Position numbers and translations under genes: made by a program. DNA of 64,000 nucleotides from Pirellulales bacterium (GTDB lineage Bacteria > Planctomycetota > Planctomycetia > Pirellulales > PALSA-1355): assembly GCA_050250435.1 (NCBI GenBank), contig JBFWOR010000005.1:170300-234299 (forward strand). Direction: 5' to 3'. Shown here one piece after another: positions 9,616-17,202 of the stretch (positions are counted from its first letter, which is position 1; each line of letters starts with the position of its first letter). Below the pieces are notes generated by a model. That model saw nothing but the letters and a program-made list of their open reading frames with translations. It was not told where the DNA came from and did no database searches.

Positions 9616-9924
9616 TCAATAGAACTTGTCGCGCTGGTCGACCAACACCGAGTCAACGTAGGCGGCCACCGGATAGCTGCCGAATTGCTTTTTGTGCACG
9701 TACTCGAAAATGGCGTCGGCCACCTCGTGATGTGCCAACACTTCGATACGGATGCGCGAACGGCCGGTATAGGGATCTTCCAGGGTTTCGTGGCGCCCCT
9801 TGCCCGCGCAGTAGTTGCAGGTGTATCCCTTGGCCCCCAGGGACAGAACGTGCTCGAGCAGCGTCTTTTCCAGGACGGTGTCGGCAATGATGACGAGGCG
9901 ACTGATTTCCACGAGCTCTGGCAT
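9616..9924 (-). CDS. sbtB: PII-like signalling protein, SbtB-type
   Basis: The 102-aa ORF lies immediately downstream of sbtA. RLVIIADTVLEKTLLEHVLSLGAKGYTCNYCAGKGRHE aligns by eye with cyanobacterial SbtB ([38 protein letters not shown], recalled from memory). Confidence 0.85.
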   Translation of the reverse strand: MPELVEISRLVIIADTVLEKTLLEHVLSLGAKGYTCNYCAGKGRHETLEDPYTGRSRIRIEVLAHHEVADAIFEYVHKKQFGSYPVAAYVDSVLVDQRDKFY

Positions 9925-9988
9925 GCAACGCCCTTTTCGATCGATTGAACTTAGCCGGCAGCGCGGCGCCGCGTTTCGGTCGGCAGCG

Positions 9989-11176
9989 CTAACCCGTGAC
10001 GGGGAAGTTCCGCATCACGGCCTTGGCGATTTCGAGATATATCGGGATGCCGATGGTAACGTTGTACGAGAACGTCAAACCGAGTGAAGCCGCCAGGGGC
10101 AACGTGGGACTGGCCTCGGGAATGGCCAGGCGCTGCACCGCGGGAACGGCAATGTACGATGCCGCGGCACACAGCACCGAGAACAAGGCATACGTGCCCA
10201 GGCTGAACGGCGTGCCCAAAGCCATGCTGTAAGCATGCGCCACCACGATGCCCACCGTGGCAAACACGTTGGGCGCGATCAGCGCAAAGGCGATGAACAT
10301 CCAGCCGGCGGTCTTCAAATCGCGCAAACGGCGACAGGCCGTCATGCCCATTTCCAATAGAAACAGGCACAGCACGCCTTGAAACAAATCGACAAACAAA
10401 ATGTCGTCCACCGCGCTGACCTTCTCGCCCTGCAACCGGCTGATGTAGCCAATGGCAATGCCGCCGAATAACAGGTACAGGCCGGGATTCAGAAACACTT
10501 CGTGCAGCAGCTCGGGACTGAAGATGCCCTTGCGCCCGCCGTTGCCGTTGACCCGTTTAACGACCGCATGGCCGTTGTGCGGCCGATCGCCATCGTCGCC
10601 GTGGTTGCCGTTCCCGTTGCCGTCCCCATTTCCGTTCGGCTCATAGCCTGCTTCGTCCGGCATATTGCCCAGCGGATCCATGCCGTTTTCGCGCAAGCGC
10701 GAAACCAGAAACAGCGCCACCAGGCAGCCGGGGATTTCCATTACCGCCAGCATGACGGGCATGTAGGCGGCGTACGCGATGGCCGGCTTGGCGGCGGTGA
10801 GCACGCCCAGGCAGGTGACGAACGTGCCGGCAGAATCCGAACCGTAATAGCCGGCCACCGTGGCAGCGTCAATGCGCCGCAGTTTCGTCGCCCTACGCAG
10901 CACCTGGTAGGCGACGACGCCGATCAGAAAATTGGTGATGAATCCAATCATCATGAAGCCCACGGCCTGTTGGGCCCCGGCCGCATCGAGCGAGGCCAGC
11001 TCTTCGCCGCCGTGCCAGCCGATGGCAATCAGCAGATACATGGTCAGCCCTTGGTACAGCACGTGCGGAAACTCGAACGGCACGCCCAGGATCGGGATGC
11101 TGAAGCCCATGTAGAAGAACAACAGCAGCGGCTTGAACAGGTTGTGCTTGAAGTTATCCAGAAATTCGTACAGCAT
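9989..11176 (-). CDS. sbtA: Sodium-dependent bicarbonate transport family permease, SbtA-type
   Basis: The 395-aa polytopic ORF has two membrane halves separated by a hydrophilic loop. The C-terminal half (ASYIAVPAVQRLAIPEASPTLPLAASLGLTFSYNVTIGIPIYLEIA) resembles SbtA, and the gene is paired with sbtB. Confidence 0.85.
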   Translation of the reverse strand: MLYEFLDNFKHNLFKPLLLFFYMGFSIPILGVPFEFPHVLYQGLTMYLLIAIGWHGGEELASLDAAGAQQAVGFMMIGFITNFLIGVVAYQVLRRATKLRRIDAATVAGYYGSDSAGTFVTCLGVLTAAKPAIAYAAYMPVMLAVMEIPGCLVALFLVSRLRENGMDPLGNMPDEAGYEPNGNGDGNGNGNHGDDGDRPHNGHAVVKRVNGNGGRKGIFSPELLHEVFLNPGLYLLFGGIAIGYISRLQGEKVSAVDDILFVDLFQGVLCLFLLEMGMTACRRLRDLKTAGWMFIAFALIAPNVFATVGIVVAHAYSMALGTPFSLGTYALFSVLCAAASYIAVPAVQRLAIPEASPTLPLAASLGLTFSYNVTIGIPIYLEIAKAVMRNFPVTG

Positions 11177-11379
11177 CGTCGGCCTCTAGTGACCCCTTCG
11201 TTCAAAAGGCTACGCGCGCACCGCGAGCGCAATGAATTGTTCCGCCTGGATTAATCCCACCTCGAACTGCGGGCCGTCAGAGTTTTCCGCTGGCAGCAGC
11301 GGCGCCCCGTTCGCGTCCACCGGCCAGAAACCGCGTCTTGGTCGGCGCAGCCGGTGAACGTTTATGCCTGTTGAGCGCA

Positions 11380-11408
11380 AGTATACGTGGCGTGGCAAAA
11401 GTTGACTA
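11380..11408 (-). promoter_or_regulatory. Candidate sigma-70-type promoter for sbtA-sbtB (-35 TAGTCA, 17-nt spacer, -10 TATACT)
   Basis: Read on the minus strand: TAGTCA (11408-11403), a 17-nt spacer, then TATACT (11385-11380). It lies 11 nt downstream of a TTAC-N6-GTAA palindrome. Planctomycete promoter rules are poorly known. Confidence 0.25.
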
Positions 11409-11419
11409 CCGTCGTTCGA

Positions 11420-11433
11420 TTACAAGTCTGTAA
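11420..11433. promoter_or_regulatory. Palindromic operator candidate TTACAAGTCTGTAA (TTAC-N6-GTAA)
   Basis: This is a perfect inverted repeat about 245 nt upstream of the sbtA start. It has the same half-sites and spacing as the four sites at 13467-13563. Confidence 0.4.
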
Positions 11434-11605
11434 CCGCTTGTAGCAGCTCGCAACGGCGCCGCGCAACGGGCTTGATATTCGGCGCCGGCTGCCGCGCGCT
11501 AAAGCAACTTTGGACGAGCACGCTGCTGCGATGGAGAGCATCCGTCAAGCGTGCGCGATGCGGACGGACGGCACAGCCGTGCCGTCCGATCTCCGCAGTC
11601 AGCCA

Positions 11606-13330
11606 CTACACGTCCGTTGTCACCGGCATTCTCGTGCGCCCATTGGCGACACGCACGGCGGTGCTGTCGGACGACTTGGGCTGCATGCGCTCGAGACCGT
11701 TGATTTGTAGCTGCGGCTTGCCTGGCTGCGAGGAATTGAATTCGTCGAGAAAGTGCAGCAAGTTCTCGCACGTGGTGTGGTCGACGATCGTCACGTTCGG
11801 CGAAATCTGCAAGCTGACGCTCTTGGCGTCGGGGGGGACTCTGTCCATCTCGCGAATCAGGTGAAACAAGTTGAAGCACACGAGCGGCCGTTCGACGTAC
11901 AAATCGTATACGCCTTCCGCGTAGTCGCGACGGCCGATCGGATTGCGCACCAGATCGGCCAGGCGGACCAGCAAGCCCGGTTTCGGTCGCGTCGTGCCGC
12001 TGCCGACCGGCAGGTTGTACCACAGGCACAGCGCGAGCTTGATGCCCACGCCCACGGCGATCCCCAGCAACAAGTCGGTGGAGACCGTGACGAACACGGT
12101 GGAGGCAAAAATGAGCAGTTGCTCCTTGCCGATCTTGGCCATGTGCAGCCAGACCTTGGGGCGACACAGCTTGTAGCCCACGTATACCAGGATCGAGGCC
12201 AGCACGGCCTTGGGCACCATGTTCATCACGTTGCGCCCGGCGAACAGGAAGGTCAACAAGAAGCAGGCGTTATAGAAGTTCGCCCATTGCGTGCGACCGC
12301 CGCCGAGAATATTGGCGGTGCTTTTGACGATGCCGGGAATGATCGTCAGGCCACCCAGCAAGCTCGAGGCCACGTTCGAGGCGCCCATTGCGGTCAGCGT
12401 GCGGTCGGGATCGCTCTTGCGGCGGAACGGGTCGATCTTGTCCACGGCCGCGATCGTCGCCAGCGATTCCGTGCCGTCAATCAACACCAACGTGACGACG
12501 ACGACGGTCAACGGCAACCACAGACTGTGGTCGCTCAAGACGCCGCTAAAATCCGGCAGCACGATGCCGTTGGCCAAGGGCGATTCAGGAACGTGAATTA
12601 GGTTCGCCGGCGAGATCGTCAGCAGCAGTTGCGCAACGGCCGTGCCGATCATGAAAGCCCACACCGGCGGCGGCATGAGCTTGAACATCCGCCCCGGCAC
12701 GGCAGACAGCGCGAAAATGAACGCCGTTGCGCCGATGCCCAACCAGAATGTGTTCGGATCGAGGGCGCTCAGTTTGGACGGCACTTCACCCAGGATTTCC
12801 CAAAACTCGTGCCCTTCAAACGGCACGCCGAAGAACAGCGGAATCTGCTTGACGATGATCAATAGTCCGATCGCGGCCAGCATGCCTTCAATCGCTGCTG
12901 CCGGAAAGATGGCACTCAAACGGGCCACCTTGAATCGCGCGAGAATAAGTTGCAACACGCCGGCGATGCAAATCGCCACGAGCACGCGCGGATAGCCGCG
13001 GGCCATGTCGCCAGCGCCCAGCGCCACGATGCCGGCATACAAGGCCGGCGCCAGTCCGGCCGCGGGGCCGCTGATGGTCACATAGGAGCCGCCCAAAAAA
13101 GGCAGCAAAAAGCCGGCGATGATCGCCGACATGATGCCGCACACCGGCGGCGCGCCGGAGGTGATGGCAATCCCCATCGAGAAGGGCAGCGAAATCATGG
13201 CCACCATGAATCCGCTGCGCAAATCGTGCCGCCAGTGCTTCAGGCCGGCCAGCCCGTTCTGGGGCTTTGCTTTTTGGCCGCTGCTCGTCGCCGAGTGTGC
13301 GCTGCTGATCATGGTCGGACTATCCCTCAT
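11606..13330 (-). CDS. SulP family inorganic anion transporter with C-terminal STAS domain
   Basis: 574-aa ORF with LRSGFMVAMISLPFSMGIAITSGAPPVCGIMSAIIAGFLLPFLGGSYVTISGPAAG and a C-terminal soluble STAS-like region. Confidence 0.9.
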   Translation of the reverse strand: MRDSPTMISSAHSATSSGQKAKPQNGLAGLKHWRHDLRSGFMVAMISLPFSMGIAITSGAPPVCGIMSAIIAGFLLPFLGGSYVTISGPAAGLAPALYAGIVALGAGDMARGYPRVLVAICIAGVLQLILARFKVARLSAIFPAAAIEGMLAAIGLLIIVKQIPLFFGVPFEGHEFWEILGEVPSKLSALDPNTFWLGIGATAFIFALSAVPGRMFKLMPPPVWAFMIGTAVAQLLLTISPANLIHVPESPLANGIVLPDFSGVLSDHSLWLPLTVVVVTLVLIDGTESLATIAAVDKIDPFRRKSDPDRTLTAMGASNVASSLLGGLTIIPGIVKSTANILGGGRTQWANFYNACFLLTFLFAGRNVMNMVPKAVLASILVYVGYKLCRPKVWLHMAKIGKEQLLIFASTVFVTVSTDLLLGIAVGVGIKLALCLWYNLPVGSGTTRPKPGLLVRLADLVRNPIGRRDYAEGVYDLYVERPLVCFNLFHLIREMDRVPPDAKSVSLQISPNVTIVDHTTCENLLHFLDEFNSSQPGKPQLQINGLERMQPKSSDSTAVRVANGRTRMPVTTDV

Positions 13331-13466
13331 CCGCCCTTAGACTCCGGAACGACGAAACTGTCCGGCGGGCGCCGTCGCGCCTTGCCGAGCGCGCGATGCC
13401 TTCGCACCGCACGCAGTCCCTAGCGCGAATATAGAAGCGGATCGACGCTTCGGCGACGATCAATTC

Positions 13467-13563
13467 GTTACAAATCATTAAGGCCGTCGACAGCTTACAA
13501 ACCCGTAAGGAGCCTTGCTTACGAAGCCGTAAGGTTGACGCAGCAGCCTTACAAATCCGTTTG
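13467..13563. promoter_or_regulatory. Array of four TTAC-N6-GTAA-type palindromes (operator candidates) in the divergent sulP / response-regulator intergenic region
   Basis: The copies are GTTACAAATCATTAAG (13467-13482), CTTACAAACCCGTAAG (13494-13509), CTTACGAAGCCGTAAG (13518-13533) and CTTACAAATCCGTTTG (13548-13563). The two central copies are perfect palindromes and the outer two are degenerate. Confidence 0.5.
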
Positions 13564-13610
13564 AATGCGCAGCGGGCACGGTGCGCGACATTCGTCCGCC
13601 TGACATTCAC

Positions 13611-13619
13611 TGATATAAT
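13611..13619 (+). promoter_or_regulatory. Candidate extended -10 promoter element TGaTATAAT for the two-component operon
   Basis: TGATATAAT was read at 13611-13619, about 85 nt upstream of ATG 13705. The -35 is only weak (TTCGTC at 13591-13596). Confidence 0.35.
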
Positions 13620-13704
13620 TCAGAAACGACCTGCCCTGCTCCGGCGGGGCCGTGGCACTTGTCGGTGCGAGCAGCGTCTGAGACGCACAAACCGGGAGTC
13701 CATC

Positions 13705-14394
13705 ATGCAGGCTTCGGCGACTATGGATCTATTGGTCATTGAAGACGATCAGGTAATCGGCAAATCGTTACGCAAGGGACTGCAAGAAGCCGGTCACGGA
13801 TGCGTGTGGGCCAAGGATGGCGAGCGCGGATTGGAGCTGGCCGAAGGTCAGCAGTTCGACGCCATCATTCTCGACCTGATGCTCCCCGGGCGCGCGGGAT
13901 TGGACGTGCTGCGCGAGCTGCGCACCAACGGCATTCATACGCCGGTGATTGCCCTGACGGCGCTGGGCTCAGTGGACGATCGTGTGTCCGGGCTGCAGGC
14001 CGGCGCCGACGACTACGTGGTCAAGCCTTTTGCGCTGGTGGAACTGATGGCCCGCGTCGAAGCCGTTTGCCGGCGCACGGCCAGCCGGCCTCCGGCCGTG
14101 GTGAAAGCCGGGCCGTTAACGCTCGATTTAGCGACGCGTCGCGTTACGCGGGACGACAAAGAGATCGATTTGACGCCCACGGAATTCAGCCTGCTGGAGC
14201 TCCTGATGCGCTATGCCGGCCAGGTCGTCACGCGCCGGATGCTCTGCGAGCACCTTTGGGAGACCGACTGGGAAGGCGCCACCAACGTGATTGAAGTTCA
14301 CATCAACCGGCTGCGCGGTAAACTGGATAAAGGGTACGATGAATCCGTGATCCAGACCGTGCGGGGCCGGGGCTATGCGCTTCGAGCAACTTAA
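13705..14394 (+). CDS. OmpR-family response regulator, heavy-metal (CusR/CopR)-like
   Basis: The ORF is 13561..14394, with the real start likely ATG 13705 (MQASATMDLLVIEDD). Receiver motifs are DAIILDLMLPG and GADDYVVKPF, followed by a winged-helix C-terminus (IQTVRGRGYALR). Confidence 0.9.
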   Translation: MQASATMDLLVIEDDQVIGKSLRKGLQEAGHGCVWAKDGERGLELAEGQQFDAIILDLMLPGRAGLDVLRELRTNGIHTPVIALTALGSVDDRVSGLQAGADDYVVKPFALVELMARVEAVCRRTASRPPAVVKAGPLTLDLATRRVTRDDKEIDLTPTEFSLLELLMRYAGQVVTRRMLCEHLWETDWEGATNVIEVHINRLRGKLDKGYDESVIQTVRGRGYALRAT

Positions 14395-15826
14395 GTCGCT
14401 ATTTCGCTCGCTGAGGTTTCGACTCAGCGCGTGGAACACGGCCGCAGTGTTGCTGATCGTCATCGTCACGCTGGTTGGGCTGCGCCAGTCGCTCCTATAT
14501 ATCTTGCTGGCCGAGAGCGATCAGTTGCTCAAGGACGACGCGTTCGAGGTCGTGCTGGCGGCCGAGCGCTTCTATCCGGATCAGGACGAGATCATCAATG
14601 AGATGGATCTCAAGGCCCGCGGACACGTCGATCGCGGGCTGTTCGTACAGTTGTTCGACGCCAACGGCCGGTTGCTCGCGACCAAAGGCGTGGCGCCCGA
14701 TCTAAGTGGCCTGTCGCTGCCCATGTCACCCGCGCCGGAAATGTTCACCGTGGGGCGCTATCGGCTGGTGCAGCGCGTGACCGATAAGCCGGACATGCCG
14801 CCCTACCGCGTGCGCGTCGGGGCCAGCCTGACCACGGTCGAAAGCGAGGTGGCCACCTTGACCCGGCTGATGGTGGCCGCCGGCGTGGTGATTTTGTTCG
14901 TGGCGCCGTTGAGCGGCTATTGGCTGGCGGGCCGGGCCACGAGCCCCTTGGCGCGCATTATCACTACGGCCGCGCGCTTGCGGCCCAGTCATCTTGAAGA
15001 GCGGTTGCCGATTCGCGGCACGCAAGACGAGCTCGATCAGCTGTCGCTGACGATCAATCACTTTTTGGACCTGCTGCGTGACTATCTGCAGCGCAACCGC
15101 GAGTTCGTCGCCAACGCGGCACACGAGCTGCGCTCGCCGTTGGCCGCCCTGCAAAGCTCCGTGGAAGTGGCGCTCAATTCCGAGCGCTCCGTCGAGGAGT
15201 ATCAGGACATGCTCGGCGAAATCGCCGACGAGTGCGGTCAATTGCGCGTGCTGGTCAACCAACTGCTGCTCTTGGCCGAAAGCGACTCCGGCGGCTTACC
15301 GATCGAGAAGCGCGCCGTCTATTTCGATCGTCTGGTGGAAAAGGCGGTCGACATGTTTCGCGGCGCGGCGGAGGAGCACGGCATTCGACTGGCCGCCGAG
15401 GTGGTCAATGACGTGGCGGTGATGGGCAACGGCGAGCGCTTGCGCCAGGTCGTCAATAACCTCATCGACAACAGCCTGAAGTTCACGCCCCGTGGCGGCC
15501 AGGTATTGGTCGGCATGCGCGTCGATCCGGAATATCGCGAAGTAACGCTGACCGTGACCGACAACGGCATGGGGATCAATGCCGACGACCTGCCGCACGT
15601 GTTCGATCGTTTTTTTCGCGGCGACAAATCGCGGCGACGCGAAGATTTGAGCCACGGCAACGGGCTGGGGCTCAGCATTTGCCATTCGATCGTCGTCGCC
15701 CACGGCGGGACGATCCACGTCGACAGCGAGCCTGGTCGGGGGGCGGTGTTCGTCGTCACCCTGCCCATCTGGCACGGCGAAGTGCCGGCTGCGGCCAGCT
15801 CGCCGCGGGCCAGTTTCTCGCGCTAG
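14375..15826 (+). CDS. Sensor histidine kinase (two TM segments, HAMP, HisKA, HATPase_c), CusS-like
   Basis: 483-aa ORF with H-box FVANAAHELRSPLAAL, N-box NLIDNSLKFTP and G-boxes DNGMGI / GNGLGLSI. It overlaps the regulator gene by 20 nt. Confidence 0.9.
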   Translation: MRFEQLKSLFRSLRFRLSAWNTAAVLLIVIVTLVGLRQSLLYILLAESDQLLKDDAFEVVLAAERFYPDQDEIINEMDLKARGHVDRGLFVQLFDANGRLLATKGVAPDLSGLSLPMSPAPEMFTVGRYRLVQRVTDKPDMPPYRVRVGASLTTVESEVATLTRLMVAAGVVILFVAPLSGYWLAGRATSPLARIITTAARLRPSHLEERLPIRGTQDELDQLSLTINHFLDLLRDYLQRNREFVANAAHELRSPLAALQSSVEVALNSERSVEEYQDMLGEIADECGQLRVLVNQLLLLAESDSGGLPIEKRAVYFDRLVEKAVDMFRGAAEEHGIRLAAEVVNDVAVMGNGERLRQVVNNLIDNSLKFTPRGGQVLVGMRVDPEYREVTLTVTDNGMGINADDLPHVFDRFFRGDKSRRREDLSHGNGLGLSICHSIVVAHGGTIHVDSEPGRGAVFVVTLPIWHGEVPAAASSPRASFSR

Positions 15827-15889
15827 CGGGCGCGTCGCGCGGCCGCTGGCGCTAGCGGGCGCGTCGCGCGGCCGCTGGCGCTAGCGGGC
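15822..15889. repeat. 29-bp tandem direct repeat, 2.3 copies (GCTAGCGGGCGCGTCGCGCGGCCGCTGGC)
   Basis: Copies at 15822-15850 and 15851-15879 are identical, and a partial third copy spans 15880-15889. The palindromic GCTAGC supplies the TAG stop of the kinase (15824-15826) and the stop of the convergent HAD gene (15881-15883). Confidence 0.9.
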
Positions 15890-16939
15890 CGGCGGCGCCG
15901 CTGGGTTTGGAAAAATGGTCTTCCAGTCCTTTTTCATGTCCACGACCACCCAACCGTGCTCAGCCGCCTGGCTCAGGGCCTTGTCCAGTCGGCCCACCAG
16001 GGAATCGCGGTCGTAGGCATACTCTCGCTCGGCGTCCGTGTGGTGTACGATCAGGCCGAAGCGGAGCCCCGCTCCGGCGGATGTCCACTGGAGCATCTGC
16101 AAGTCGCCATCCGAGTTGCCGAAGGCGGCGATCGGGCGGCGGCCGATGAAGCGCTGAATGCCCACCGGCTTTCCCGGTCCGTCGTCGATAAAGTCGACCT
16201 GCGGCAATCGCATGATCTGCGGAATCCCGTCGCGCAGCTCGAATCGGGTTTTGACGCTGCTGCCCACAATTTGCTCCGGCGGAATACCATAGACGCTCTC
16301 GGTCCACGGCCGCAGGAAATCGATACCGCCGCCGGAAACGATGTACGTTTTGAAACCCTGCGCCCGCAGATAGGCGAGCAGCTCCAGCATCGGCTGATAC
16401 ACGCACTGGGTGAACGGCCGCTTGAATCGCGGGTGTCGCGCGGAGATCAGCCACTGGGCGACCATCTTCTCGAACTCATCGGTGGTCATGCCAGAGTGCG
16501 TCGCCAACACCATTTCGGCGATGCCCCGTTCTCCACCGGCAAGCGCCGCCTTCATGTCGCCTTTGAGGAGCGCGGCAAACGGCTCCTTGGTTTTCCATTC
16601 CGGGTGCTGTTCGGCAAGGACTCGCGCGCGATCGACGAGAAAGAATCCTTGCACGTAGCAGGGCTGCTCGCACCACAGCGTGCCGTCGTTGTCAAAGGTG
16701 GCGATCCGCTCGGGCGGCTGGACAAAGTCTTTCCCGCCTGCGGTCGTCACCGTCGCGACAAAATCGATGATCGCCGTCTTGGTGGGGCCATCGTTCCAGG
16801 AAGGAAGCGGATCGGGAGACGCCGCCCCAGCGGTCGGCGCGCACCACGCGCCCCACAGCAATAGCAGGGCCAGACGCGGGCGCCATCGCGCTCGCCGGCT
16901 GCCATCTGCGGGGCCGATACCGCGCCACTCGGTTCTCAT
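15881..16939 (-). CDS. Exported HAD-superfamily hydrolase (phosphatase-like)
   Basis: 352-aa ORF with an N-terminal signal-like segment. It carries the DxDxT motif (FDNDGTLW), a later IVSGGG, and GNSDGDLQML (HAD motif IV-like). Confidence 0.75.
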   Translation of the reverse strand: MRTEWRGIGPADGSRRARWRPRLALLLLWGAWCAPTAGAASPDPLPSWNDGPTKTAIIDFVATVTTAGGKDFVQPPERIATFDNDGTLWCEQPCYVQGFFLVDRARVLAEQHPEWKTKEPFAALLKGDMKAALAGGERGIAEMVLATHSGMTTDEFEKMVAQWLISARHPRFKRPFTQCVYQPMLELLAYLRAQGFKTYIVSGGGIDFLRPWTESVYGIPPEQIVGSSVKTRFELRDGIPQIMRLPQVDFIDDGPGKPVGIQRFIGRRPIAAFGNSDGDLQMLQWTSAGAGLRFGLIVHHTDAEREYAYDRDSLVGRLDKALSQAAEHGWVVVDMKKDWKTIFPNPAAPPAR

Positions 16940-17043
16940 GTATGCGACCGTCCAAAATACGAGGAGCGTCTCCGCTCCATGTTGCCGCCCACCACCACGG
17001 GCCAGTATTGCGAATCAATATACCCGCGTCACGCATCGACGTC

Positions 17044-17063
17044 GGATCAACTGGCGTTGATCC
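17044..17063. repeat. 20-bp perfect palindrome GGATCAAC-TGGC-GTTGATCC
   Basis: Read directly in the sequence. It lies about 140 nt upstream of the outer-membrane-protein gene start, in an otherwise non-coding stretch. Confidence 0.3.
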
Positions 17064-17202
17064 ATGCATCGCTAAGCCGTGGTCAGCGGGTGCCGCGGCA
17101 AGTGTCGATGCGATTGGGCGGGGCCGCCCGCATAACCATCAGAATCGTTAAAGTCGAGTGCGGCCGGAACTCGATAGGAATGTGACCAAGGGCGGAGATT
17201 CT

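Noticed and set aside
15822-15889. Possible CRISPR-like repeat
   Set aside because: The 29-bp units are directly adjacent with no spacers, there are only 2.3 copies, and there are no cas genes. It was classified as a simple tandem duplication.
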